Shown: piece by piece, positions 7,920 to 16,268 of the stretch
Numbering within the stretch: position 1 is the first letter of the stretch
Layout: each line of letters opens with the position of its first letter
From: a virus
Taxonomy: Duplodnaviria; Caudoviricetes
DNA length: 31,821 nt
IMG/VR virus record: IMGVR_UViG_3300042214_000074
Coordinates: 1-31,821 of that record
Direction: 5' to 3' (one strand)
Notes under the pieces: generated by a model
Database searches by the model: none
What the model was told of the DNA's origin: nothing
Seen by the model: the letters and a program-made list of their open reading frames with translations, nothing else
Program-made: the position numbers and the translations under genes

Positions 7920-8243
7920 ATGAGCGGTTTCCAATTATCAGCAGTAAAGCACGCGGGCGGGGATTTCTCTCTGAGGGTTCTGAGTCTTTACTCATACACC
8001 GGACAGAGCACGATGGGCCGGAGCCTTGCCGAGGTTCTTGATGCGGCAGTGATTGAGCTGGGGCTCTCGGTGCATGAGGTTCACGATATCCAGGTGTCAG
8101 CCGTGAAGGGTGAGCGCATTGAGCCCGAGGACCTGGTGTTCGGCAGCTTTTTCGAGAACCGGGTGCGGCTGGTCAGTGAGTCGCGCAACGGCCTCAGAAC
8201 TTACGAAAATGGGCGATTTTACAAGCCAGGCTGGGCTGCGTAA
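7920..8243 (+). CDS. Hypothetical protein, distant paralogue of 8293-8628
   Basis: GAGG RBS; shares Q..KH.G, G..xAE.L, (E/D)(V/I)H, EP and RFY pattern with the neighbour. Confidence 0.7.
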   Translation: MSGFQLSAVKHAGGDFSLRVLSLYSYTGQSTMGRSLAEVLDAAVIELGLSVHEVHDIQVSAVKGERIEPEDLVFGSFFENRVRLVSESRNGLRTYENGRFYKPGWAA

Positions 8244-8292
8244 GCCCTGGCCATTTCCCGCAACGCGGGCCAATCAAACAACAGGAGAGCAC

Positions 8293-8628
8293 ATGCAAAT
8301 CGTAATCACAAAACACTCGGGCACCTACTTCGCCCGCCTTTTCCGATCCGCCCAGAGTATGCCCGGCGAAGCCCAGGGCGAAACCTTCGCGGAGGCGCTC
8401 CAGGGCGTCCTGGTTGCCAACAACGCACGCCCCGAGGATATCCACCGCATGGAGTTCCTGGTGCACTCTGACGAAGGGTTCGAGCCCGGCGAGGACAGCG
8501 ATTTGGGGCCCCTTGCGGGCTTGATTGAGACGACCGGGGAGATGGGCGAGGCGGTTCGGTTTTATCGTTCCAGTGAGTCCCTGAAGCCCTTGCCGCTGCC
8601 GTGGGAGATCAACCCGCCCGATGGCTGA
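8293..8628 (+). CDS. Hypothetical protein with HicB-antitoxin-like N-terminus
   Basis: AGGAG RBS; QIVITKHSGTYFA...AQGETFAEAL resembles the HicB G-x-T-x-E-E-A motif. Confidence 0.6.
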   Translation: MQIVITKHSGTYFARLFRSAQSMPGEAQGETFAEALQGVLVANNARPEDIHRMEFLVHSDEGFEPGEDSDLGPLAGLIETTGEMGEAVRFYRSSESLKPLPLPWEINPPDG

Positions 8629-8654
8629 TGCGTTTCCGTTTTTCTTTAGTTTAG

Positions 8655-8672
8655 TATATAATAAACCAAAGC
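8655..8672 (+). promoter_or_regulatory. Repeated motif TATATAwTAAACCAAAGC upstream of terS (also 15721-15738; shorter inverted copies 11122-11135 and 21353-21365)
   Basis: 17/18 identity between the 8655 and 15721 copies; contains TATAAT. Confidence 0.55.
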
Positions 8673-8687
8673 AGACAGAACGGAACA

Positions 8688-9125
8688 ATGGCAGCGAAAA
8701 GGACTTCAACCGCCAAAAAGACAACCACCAAAACCCATGCCAAGCCCCGGCAGCCCAAGGCGATCACGCCCGAGGTCCGGGCAAGGGTTGCCGAATATGC
8801 AGGTCTGGGCCTCACCTGGTCCCAGATATCCGGCGTGCTCAAAGTCCCGGAGCGAACCCTCCAGCGCTATTGCCAGGAAGATTACAACGACGGAAAGGCC
8901 CAAAAAGGGGCGATTGCCGTGGCCAAGCTCTGGCAACTGGTTGAAGGTGGGCACCCTGCCTCCATTTTCTTTTTTCTCAAAACCCAGATGGGTTGGAAAG
9001 AAACCAGCAAAAACGAGCTATCCGGCCCCGACGGTAAGCCAATCCAGACCGAAGGCAACTTGGAAGTAGAAGTCACGCCCGAGAAAGTCAAAGCCATCAT
9101 GGCCGCCCTCGATAAGGAATTTTGA
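8688..9125 (+). CDS. terS: Terminase small subunit
   Basis: N-terminal HTH (GLTWSQISGVLKVPERTL), 'IFFFLKTQMGWKE' and 'ELSGPDGKPI' segments typical of TerS. Confidence 0.8.
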   Translation: MAAKRTSTAKKTTTKTHAKPRQPKAITPEVRARVAEYAGLGLTWSQISGVLKVPERTLQRYCQEDYNDGKAQKGAIAVAKLWQLVEGGHPASIFFFLKTQMGWKETSKNELSGPDGKPIQTEGNLEVEVTPEKVKAIMAALDKEF

Positions 9126-9130
9126 CAGCA

Positions 9131-9220
9131 ATGAAACCCACCACAGAGGCCGAGCAGCTGGCAGAGCTGCGGCGGCAAATGGATAAGTATCGCCGCGAAT
9201 ATAAGCCATTGACAAAATAA
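9131..9220 (+). CDS. Possible 29-aa peptide MKPTTEAEQLAELRRQMDKYRREYKPLTK
   Basis: ATG 5 nt after terS stop with AAGGA upstream; below ORF-track cutoff. Confidence 0.35.
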   Translation: MKPTTEAEQLAELRRQMDKYRREYKPLTK

Positions 9221-9316
9221 TTTTCATTATTAGTTGTTTAGTATTGATGCCGCCATTAGATATTCACATAATAACCTTGTCCTGTATTTATTAACTCAAC
9301 AAACAAGGCAAATATT

Positions 9317-9715
9317 ATGAGCAACGCACAAGCACTAATGAAATTGATGTCCAGCCTCAATTCTGAATCAGAGCCGGAGAAATGTGAGCGCGCCGAGCTA
9401 ACGGCAAATATCTCTCGCGAGGATGCTCTTCAAGGCACTCTCACTGTGCTGGAAATCCACCAGAAAGGCCGAGAAGGCTGCGATGCGGGCGAGTTTGACG
9501 ACGACCTGGCGCTGGCCTTCTTTCGATTGAGGCATGAAAAAGGCCCATTCCTGGCGTGCTGGAAGCTGTTCGAAGAGTGGTTGAAGTCAAAAGGGACGAC
9601 CGATGAAGGGGTTCTGGACAACCATTTCAAAGAGTTTGACCCGCTGTCGGATGAGCCATGGGTTGTTTTCCTAGCCATCGCATACAACGAAATGAGCGCC
9701 GCCTGGTCGCATTAA
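9317..9715 (+). CDS. Acidic hypothetical protein (moron-like unit)
   Basis: Promoter TTGATG-N17-CATAAT (9244-9272), AAGG RBS, downstream terminator. Confidence 0.75.
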   Translation: MSNAQALMKLMSSLNSESEPEKCERAELTANISREDALQGTLTVLEIHQKGREGCDAGEFDDDLALAFFRLRHEKGPFLACWKLFEEWLKSKGTTDEGVLDNHFKEFDPLSDEPWVVFLAIAYNEMSAAWSH

Positions 9716-9723
9716 CCCATTCT

Positions 9724-9757
9724 ACCCTCGCCGGTGGTCGGTGGGGGTCTTTTTTTT
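9724..9757 (+). terminator. Rho-independent terminator
   Basis: ACCCTCGCCG-GTGGT-CGGTGGGGGT then C and T8. Confidence 0.75.
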
Positions 9758-9766
9758 GGAGTCATT

Positions 9767-10087
9767 ATGAAGCATCAAAAATGGAAGCGCAGATCAAAGC
9801 AAGAGTGGCTTGAAATCGTTGATCGTCAGCGTGCGAGCGGGCTCTATGCGACAACCTTCTGCGAGCAGGAAAGTCTTGAATATCGCAGTTTTTGCCGCTG
9901 GCGTCGGCACTTTTACGGCACAAGGGATACGTTCCGAGCATCAAAAGACCCCCAAATCAATCACTACCGAGAGTCGGTTCAGGTGAATATTGATCTCCCG
10001 GCGCTGATTGAGATGGCTGAGATGGGCAAGAAGGTGTCAATCAATCTGGGCAACGGCGTCGAGATGCGCCTGGGGCTTGTGGCATGA
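9767..10087 (+). CDS. IS66 TnpA-like HTH protein (solitary)
   Basis: RRSKQEW...SGL....FC........FCRWRR and C-terminal INLGNGVEMR; GGAG RBS. Confidence 0.7.
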   Translation: MKHQKWKRRSKQEWLEIVDRQRASGLYATTFCEQESLEYRSFCRWRRHFYGTRDTFRASKDPQINHYRESVQVNIDLPALIEMAEMGKKVSINLGNGVEMRLGLVA

Positions 10088-10362
10088 GCAGCGGCAAAAA
10101 CGATATTGAAACCATCCAGCACCCCAAAATTGAAACGCCCGAACACGGGCAAGTCATCGAAACCCCCGAGGTCGAGGAGCCTCTCCTGGTCCTGTCCCGC
10201 GCTGAGCTGATCGGCGCATTGACGACAATGGGGAATGACCTGCTGTTTCGCCTCAATGCGGGCGATGACGCCATGGACTCGACGATGGAAGTGATTGAAA
10301 ACGCGATCCAGGAGTTGTGCGGGGAGTCTGTTGATGCTGCGCTGGCCTGGTGTGGGGATTGA
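10084..10362 (+). CDS. Acidic hypothetical protein (92 aa)
   Basis: ATGA overlap with upstream gene; short internal repeat IET(I/P).. Confidence 0.65.
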   Translation: MSSGKNDIETIQHPKIETPEHGQVIETPEVEEPLLVLSRAELIGALTTMGNDLLFRLNAGDDAMDSTMEVIENAIQELCGESVDAALAWCGD

Positions 10363-10366
10363 TGAC

Positions 10367-10726
10367 ATGACAGCAATCAATATTGAAAAGATCAACAACA
10401 GCGCAAGCGCCAAGCACCACATGCGGATCGCCGAGATTTTTGAGGCGCTGGACAGACCTGAGGAGGCTGACAGTCATCGGCAAATTGCTGAGTCATTCGA
10501 TGCGCTCGAAAAGGAAAGAGAGGCCAGTATCAGACGACAGGAGCTGTTCAGAGAGTCGTTTCTCGCTGGTATTCAGGCGGAGAATGCAAGGAGTCATGCC
10601 GAGATGATCAAAGAGGAGGCGGAAGAAGCAAGAGACCGCAGGCTGCGCCGGATGTTTGCGATTAATATGGGTCTTCTGTCGGGAGCTTTTGTTCTCCAGA
10701 TGGTCAGTATTTTGGTTTTTCAATGA
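10367..10726 (+). CDS. Hypothetical coiled-coil protein with C-terminal transmembrane segment
   Basis: GGGG RBS; hydrophobic tail MFAINMGLLSGAFVLQMVSILVF. Confidence 0.7.
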   Translation: MTAINIEKINNSASAKHHMRIAEIFEALDRPEEADSHRQIAESFDALEKEREASIRRQELFRESFLAGIQAENARSHAEMIKEEAEEARDRRLRRMFAINMGLLSGAFVLQMVSILVFQ

Positions 10727-11001
10727 TGAGCGACCTCCTCGAATACGCCGCCCATGATGGTCTTATGGTGTTCGAAAAGGATGGATGCCTGATTATCGAA
10801 GATCCGCGACCCTACGAGCCGAGCATTCCCGAGCTGTCGTTTCCGGCTGACGTGCCCAGGCTCGGGCGATTTCAGCGTTGTGCGCTGTCGTCAGCTATCT
10901 CCTCCCGAAATTCGTCCTCAACCTCAGGCCTCGGCTGTTCCATGAGTTCCCTGCCCTTTTTCCCAATCTCTCGCAGCCTCTCGGGCGTCGGCCTGAACTG
11001 A
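10723..11001 (+). CDS. Hypothetical protein (C-terminal half overlaps the antisense gene)
   Basis: ATGA coupling; protein-like N-terminus, Ser-rich shadow-like C-terminus. Confidence 0.45.
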   Translation: MMSDLLEYAAHDGLMVFEKDGCLIIEDPRPYEPSIPELSFPADVPRLGRFQRCALSSAISSRNSSSTSGLGCSMSSLPFFPISRSLSGVGLN

Positions 11002-11042
11002 CCCCGAAAGCCTGGCTGCGGTTGCTTCTGTTTGTCGGTCAT
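10872..11042 (-). CDS. Small charged protein (56 aa) with KGG-repeat-like motif
   Basis: Strong AAGGAG RBS 6 nt before ATG 11042; PERLREIGKKG resembles the KGG stress motif. Confidence 0.55.
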   Translation of the reverse strand: MTDKQKQPQPGFRGQFRPTPERLREIGKKGRELMEQPRPEVEDEFREEIADDSAQR

Positions 11043-11172
11043 CTCCATCTCCTTTTGGTTCCAATCATAGCAAAAAGCGCGTAACGGTGCGGGATTGCGG
11101 GCGGTTATCCAATGTTTAGTATGGTTTAATCTATATAGTTTCGCGTATAATAACTCAAAATGTGCGCGAAAC

Positions 11173-12207
11173 TTGAACAAGTTCAATTTATACCAGGGCG
11201 ATTGCCTTGAGGTTCTGAAAACCATTCCTGATGCCTCCATCGACAGCATCGTCACCGATCCACCCTACGGGCTGAGCAAGCAGCCGGATATCGCAGAGGT
11301 CCTGACAAAGTGGCTCGCTGGTGAGGATTACACCCACCGGGGCAGCGGCTTTATGGGCAAGAGCTGGGACTCGTTCGTCCCTGGGCCTGCCGTATGGCGT
11401 GAGTGCTTCCGCGTGCTGAAACCGGGCGGTCATTTGATTGCGTTTGCTGGGTCTCGGACTTATGACTTGATGGCCATTGCGGTGCGGCTCGGGGGTTTCG
11501 AGCTGAGAGACCAGGGGTTTTATCTATATGGTTCCGGGTTTCCTAAGTCTCTGGATATCTCGAAAGCTCTCGACAAGGCGGCTGGGGCTGAGCGTGAGGT
11601 TGACGGGAAAGCATTTGGCGTAGGCAAACACAGCAACACGTCGATTGAAGGTGGCGCATTTAATAGCTCGTATGACAAAACAAAGCCCGCAACTCCCGCC
11701 GCCCAAAAATGGCAAGGCTGGGGCACCGCCCTAAAACCGGCACACGAACCCTTCGTCATCGCCCGCAAGCCCTTGGAGGGGACTGTTGCCAACAATGTGA
11801 TGAAGCATGGCGTGGGTGGTCTCAACATTGACGGATGCAGGCATGGGGAGCGGTTCCCAGCCAACCTCCTCCACGACAACAGCGAAGCCGTGGCCGATAT
11901 CCTGGGCGATAAAGCTCGGTATTTTTACGGCACGAAGGCCAACAAGCGGGACCGCAATGAGGGGCTGGAAGACGCCAAGAACACGCACCCAACCGTCAAG
12001 CCCACCGACCTCATGGCCTACCTCTGCCGCCTCGTCACACCCCCAGGCGGCACTGTCCTGGACCCCTTTATGGGCTCTGGCTCAACCGGCAAGGCTTGCG
12101 CGGCTGAGGGCTTCGAGTTCATCGGCGTGGAGATGGATGCCGAATACCTGGCCATTGCTTCGGCCCGGATTTCGTTTGCTTACAACCAAGCCGGGGGTGC
12201 GGCATGA
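11173..12207 (+). CDS. DNA methyltransferase, N6-adenine/N4-cytosine, beta class (start uncertain, TTG 11173)
   Basis: GDCL, TDPPY (motif IV), HPTVKP, VLDPFMGSGSTG (motif I). Confidence 0.93.
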   Translation: MNKFNLYQGDCLEVLKTIPDASIDSIVTDPPYGLSKQPDIAEVLTKWLAGEDYTHRGSGFMGKSWDSFVPGPAVWRECFRVLKPGGHLIAFAGSRTYDLMAIAVRLGGFELRDQGFYLYGSGFPKSLDISKALDKAAGAEREVDGKAFGVGKHSNTSIEGGAFNSSYDKTKPATPAAQKWQGWGTALKPAHEPFVIARKPLEGTVANNVMKHGVGGLNIDGCRHGERFPANLLHDNSEAVADILGDKARYFYGTKANKRDRNEGLEDAKNTHPTVKPTDLMAYLCRLVTPPGGTVLDPFMGSGSTGKACAAEGFEFIGVEMDAEYLAIASARISFAYNQAGGAA

Positions 12208-13148
12208 GTTTCGAGCTGCACCTGGGGGATTGCCTGGAAAAGATGAAGGATATCCCGGATGGGTCGGTGGATGCGGTTATTTGTGATCCGCCGTATGGGA
12301 CTATAAATGGCGTGGTTGCTGAAGAGTCTCACCACGGCATGAAGGGAAAAACTGCCTGGGATATCTCAATAGAAACGGCGGCCATGTTCGCGGAATGCAA
12401 TCGAGTCCTGCGCACAAATGGGGCTCTTTTGCTGTTTGCGCAGGAGCCATATACCAGTCACCTGATCACCAACGCCCACGCCAACCTGCCTTTTAGTTAC
12501 CGCCTGACGTGGCTGAAAGATCATTTTGCCAATTCGCTGATCGCAAAGAAGGCCCCGGTCAATTACACCGAGGATATCTGCGTTTTCTTCAAGAAATACG
12601 ACACCCTCGCCCAGCATCCGTTGCGGGATTATTCGAAAACCGTCATGAGTTTCATCGGCAAGGGCCTGAAACAAATCAATACCGAGCTGGGGCATCGTCG
12701 TGCTGAGCATTTCTTCTATGTGGACTCGACCCAGTTCGGGCTCTGCACCCCCAAAACCTACGCCGAACTCTGCGAGCTTTACGGCATCAGCAGCCAGCCC
12801 TGGTTCAAGTCATACGACGAAATGAAGGAGATCGACCGCAGGTTCACCCGCAGGTTCAACCTCCCAGAAGGCCAGAAATTCAAGTCCAACGTCCTGCAAT
12901 ACCGCAAGGACTACACCGGCCAACACCCCACCCAAAAGCCCGTGGCGCTGATGGAAGACCTGGTGCACACCTACACCCGCCCCGGCGATACGGTTCTGGA
13001 TTTCACCATGGGCAGCGGCTCCACCGGCGTAGCAGCTGGCAACCTGGGGCGGCGTTTCATTGGCATCGAGATGGACGAGGGCTATTTCGATATCGCCCGG
13101 TCTCGGGTTGGGGTTGCTTACAAACAAACAGAGGAGGAGGTGGCGTGA
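12204..13148 (+). CDS. DNA methyltransferase, N6-adenine/N4-cytosine, beta class
   Basis: GDCL, CDPPY, HPTQKP, VLDFTMGSGSTG; ATGA overlap with the first MTase. Confidence 0.93.
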   Translation: MSFELHLGDCLEKMKDIPDGSVDAVICDPPYGTINGVVAEESHHGMKGKTAWDISIETAAMFAECNRVLRTNGALLLFAQEPYTSHLITNAHANLPFSYRLTWLKDHFANSLIAKKAPVNYTEDICVFFKKYDTLAQHPLRDYSKTVMSFIGKGLKQINTELGHRRAEHFFYVDSTQFGLCTPKTYAELCELYGISSQPWFKSYDEMKEIDRRFTRRFNLPEGQKFKSNVLQYRKDYTGQHPTQKPVALMEDLVHTYTRPGDTVLDFTMGSGSTGVAAGNLGRRFIGIEMDEGYFDIARSRVGVAYKQTEEEVA

Positions 13149-14110
13149 TTGGATTGATTATTAAGGGCTCGCAAGTGGTGGCTGGTTGTGCGGCGAGAGC
13201 ACTGGGCGTTTTACGCGGTAGCGTGCGCAGCAAGAAAGAGATTTTTATTGATCATGAGGCTGATTTCGATGAGGTCGTTGATGCGGTCGGTAAGCTGGCC
13301 GAGGACCCATCCATAACAATTTCATTTACGGGTGTCAGAAAGCCTCTGTTTCTCGAATTCGTTCAGGATTTCTTCCCGATCATCCATGATTTTGAGTTCG
13401 AGATTGCTGAGCACCACACGAACTATGCAATCGCCCTTGAGCGGTGGTTTCTTGGGCGGGATCGCAAATCGGTCATTAATGCGCCGCATAGATACAGCAA
13501 CACCAGCCTGCTGACGATGGGCATTATCTGGGCGCTTATCAAAAACCCTTCTTCTCGCTTCGTTTATTTGAGCTTTTCCGAGTGCCTTGTCAAAGAGGCA
13601 TTGAGCCAGATCAGCGACCTGGTCAATTCCGAGAAATTCCAGGAAGCGTTCCCGTCTCTCGGTTTCAGGGCTGAGGGCGGACGACTGATAACAAGCCAGG
13701 GCGGCGGCGTTTCTGGGGCCTTCACGTTTGACCTGAAAGCGGTCCGAAGCCAGAAGGAATGGGTTTGCGGGTCTTTTAGGCGCTCATCGACTGGTGGGCT
13801 TGTAGTGGATCACGCCATTCCTCCATCCCACGCTGATGACGTTCCCGAAAGATATCTCCCAATGCTTCAAGAGCTGGTCGGCGGTCGCGGTGAGGGTTTG
13901 CCGGTCCTTCTTTCTTGCCCGCGATTTGGCAAGAACGATCCGACAGCAATCGCCCTGAAATGCTGCGATTGGACTGCTCGTGTCACGCGCTTGCCTGCCG
14001 AGAAGGATGGAGTGCCAACGTGGCCGGGCAAGCTCAACGCGACGGATATCGCAATGAGAAGACAGACAAGCCCGGAATTGTTTTCAAGGCTTTACCAGCA
14101 GGAAGTTTAA
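13145..14110 (+). CDS. Degenerate terminase-large-subunit ATPase-domain paralogue (pseudo-TerL), no nuclease domain
   Basis: Collinear with TerL N-half, but Walker A PHRYSNT vs PPRYGKT and Walker B LVVDH vs IIIDD; ends at LYQQEV where TerL has QYQQTP. Confidence 0.8.
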   Translation: MIGLIIKGSQVVAGCAARALGVLRGSVRSKKEIFIDHEADFDEVVDAVGKLAEDPSITISFTGVRKPLFLEFVQDFFPIIHDFEFEIAEHHTNYAIALERWFLGRDRKSVINAPHRYSNTSLLTMGIIWALIKNPSSRFVYLSFSECLVKEALSQISDLVNSEKFQEAFPSLGFRAEGGRLITSQGGGVSGAFTFDLKAVRSQKEWVCGSFRRSSTGGLVVDHAIPPSHADDVPERYLPMLQELVGGRGEGLPVLLSCPRFGKNDPTAIALKCCDWTARVTRLPAEKDGVPTWPGKLNATDIAMRRQTSPELFSRLYQQEV

Positions 14111-14143
14111 ACACTAAATGGCAAGGATGCCGAGAGCCAAGGA

Positions 14144-15703
14144 ATGGATGCAGTCAGCAGAGCAGTAATCAGAGAGAAGTGCGAGCAGGACTTCATGTTC
14201 TTCGTTCGCTATTTCTTCAAGATGGGCACCGGCTCCCGTTTCGTTGTGAATTGGCATCATCACGAAATCGCCAAAAACATGATGCTGGCGACGACTGGCG
14301 AGGTGCTCCGAATGATCGTGGGCATGCCGCCTCGCTACGGAAAGACTGAGTTGGTTGTCAAGATGTTCGTGGCCTGGGCGATTGCTAAAAACCCCCGCGC
14401 CAAGTTCATCCATCTCTCCTACTCTGACGAGCTTGCATTCGATAACAGCAGCGCGATCAAGGAAATCATTCTCTCCGATGCCTTCCGCGAGTTGTGGCCG
14501 CACATCAAGCTCAAAGACGACGCGAAGAGCAAGAAGAAATGGTATACCGCCCAAGGTGGCGGCCTCTATGCAACAAGCTCCGGGGGTGCGGTCACGGGCT
14601 TCGGTGCGGGCTCAACAGCTGCCGAGGCCGAGGCCGAGGGAGACGACGAACACCTGGAAGAGCTTCGCCGTCTGGGCCTTGAAATCGAATGGGCCGACGC
14701 TGGCAAGGAGGAGCGAGACCCCAACCTTTTCTGGGGTGCGATTATCATTGATGACCCAATCAAGCCCACGGACGCCGACAGCGCGGTGGTTCGAAAGACC
14801 ATCAACAACCGCATGGTCAACACAATCGGGAGCCGGGTGAACAGCCGAAAAACCCCGATTATAGTCGTTATGCAGCGCCTGCATGAGGAAGACACCACCG
14901 GGTTCCTGCTGAACGGCGGAACGGGCGAGAAGTGGCACCACGTTGTCTTCCCGGCCCTCTACGAGGAAAACGGCCAGGAGAAGGCTCTGTGGCCCTACAA
15001 GCACACGGTCGAAGAGTTGAAACAGATGCGCGAGGCCAACGCGTATGTGTTCTCCGGTCAATACCAGCAAACCCCAACCCCAGCAGCCGGGGGCGTGGTC
15101 AAGCTCCAGTGGTTCGAACGCTACAAAGAACCACCCGCCGAGCCCGAGCAAATCATTTTCAGCTGCGACACAGCATACAAGCCAGGACAAATGAGAGACC
15201 CCAGCGTCGTCGGTGTATTCGGGAAGTTCCGCAAGCGTTGGTACCTGCTGCACATTTGGCGCGCCCGAGTGACCTATCCAGAACTCAAGCGGACCACATA
15301 CGCAATGGCGGACAGATGGAGGCCGCACGGGATATTGGTCGAAGATAGGGCCAGCGGCCAGTCGCTAATACAAGACATGCGAGAGGATGGGTTGCCAGCA
15401 ATACCAATCCAGCCCGAGGCAAACAAGCAGATCCGGATGGACAACCAGGCCCCGATGCTTGAAGCCGGGCTAGTGCTGTTGCCAGAGCGTGCTGAGTGGC
15501 TCTATGAGTTCGAGCAAGAGGCAGTGCATTTCCCGAAAAGCAAGCACGACGACCAGATCGACGCCCTCTCCCAGTTCCTGAAATGGTCCCGCAATGCCAG
15601 CCTGGAATTCCTGAGCGTGGGCGGCGACGAGTGGGCCGAGGTGGCAAAAGAGATGGGCGACGACCCCGACGATTGGGACGAGTTCGACGATGATTTCGAT
15701 TGA
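14144..15703 (+). CDS. terL: Terminase large subunit
   Basis: PPRYGKT Walker A, IIIDDP Walker B, MQRLH, YQQxP, nuclease SCDTA, VEDRASG and HDDQIDALSQ. Confidence 0.97.
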   Translation: MDAVSRAVIREKCEQDFMFFVRYFFKMGTGSRFVVNWHHHEIAKNMMLATTGEVLRMIVGMPPRYGKTELVVKMFVAWAIAKNPRAKFIHLSYSDELAFDNSSAIKEIILSDAFRELWPHIKLKDDAKSKKKWYTAQGGGLYATSSGGAVTGFGAGSTAAEAEAEGDDEHLEELRRLGLEIEWADAGKEERDPNLFWGAIIIDDPIKPTDADSAVVRKTINNRMVNTIGSRVNSRKTPIIVVMQRLHEEDTTGFLLNGGTGEKWHHVVFPALYEENGQEKALWPYKHTVEELKQMREANAYVFSGQYQQTPTPAAGGVVKLQWFERYKEPPAEPEQIIFSCDTAYKPGQMRDPSVVGVFGKFRKRWYLLHIWRARVTYPELKRTTYAMADRWRPHGILVEDRASGQSLIQDMREDGLPAIPIQPEANKQIRMDNQAPMLEAGLVLLPERAEWLYEFEQEAVHFPKSKHDDQIDALSQFLKWSRNASLEFLSVGGDEWAEVAKEMGDDPDDWDEFDDDFD

Positions 15704-15752
15704 TTTAGATGCTCATTTATTATATATTAAACCAAAGCGAAATTTATAAAAC

Positions 15753-16133
15753 ATGGGCAAACATTTAAAGGATTTCCGTCAAGGGGATACCTACGTTTAC
15801 GGGGTTGAGCAATTTGCGACTGACGACACAGGAGCAGATGTGCCTGTCGATCTTTCGGGATGTCGCTTGACCCTGTCTCTCACTTCGTCGTTTGACGAGC
15901 CTCCGGTCTTTACGTTCTCCAAAATTGCAGGCGACCACATCACCGACAAGCCCGCCCAAGGGCTCATCAAAATGGTCCTGGAGAGCGAGTTCACGCGCCT
16001 CATACCCGCAGGCAAATACTACTACGACGTGCAATTGGAGATGCCGGACGGCACTGTTTCGACTGTTCTGCCGCCGCTCGAAGACTACAAGGACCGGGTT
16101 CAGGTCATCCCCGATATTAGCGACGAAATTTAA
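15753..16133 (+). CDS. BppU-N-like baseplate/fibre-attachment protein
   Basis: RQGDT...PVDLSG...GLI...AGKYYYDVQL pattern. Confidence 0.65.
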   Translation: MGKHLKDFRQGDTYVYGVEQFATDDTGADVPVDLSGCRLTLSLTSSFDEPPVFTFSKIAGDHITDKPAQGLIKMVLESEFTRLIPAGKYYYDVQLEMPDGTVSTVLPPLEDYKDRVQVIPDISDEI

Positions 16134-16268
16134 CGAAAAACTCCGGGCGTGAGTCCACTCGGAAGAACACAAAGGGATCTGCGAAGCGCCGTGCGTGGCC
16201 AGCGATAAGAGCGAATAGCGCAAAGGGTTGAGAGCAGCAGCCCAGAAATTAACCAATTGAGGCCAAGG

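Noticed and set aside
9767-11001. Complete IS66 element
   Set aside because: Downstream ORFs lack TnpB/TnpC features; no DDE transposase or terminal repeats seen
11173-14110. Restriction-modification system with 13145-14110 as the endonuclease
   Set aside because: The third ORF aligns with the TerL ATPase domain and shows no PD-(D/E)xK or HNH motif
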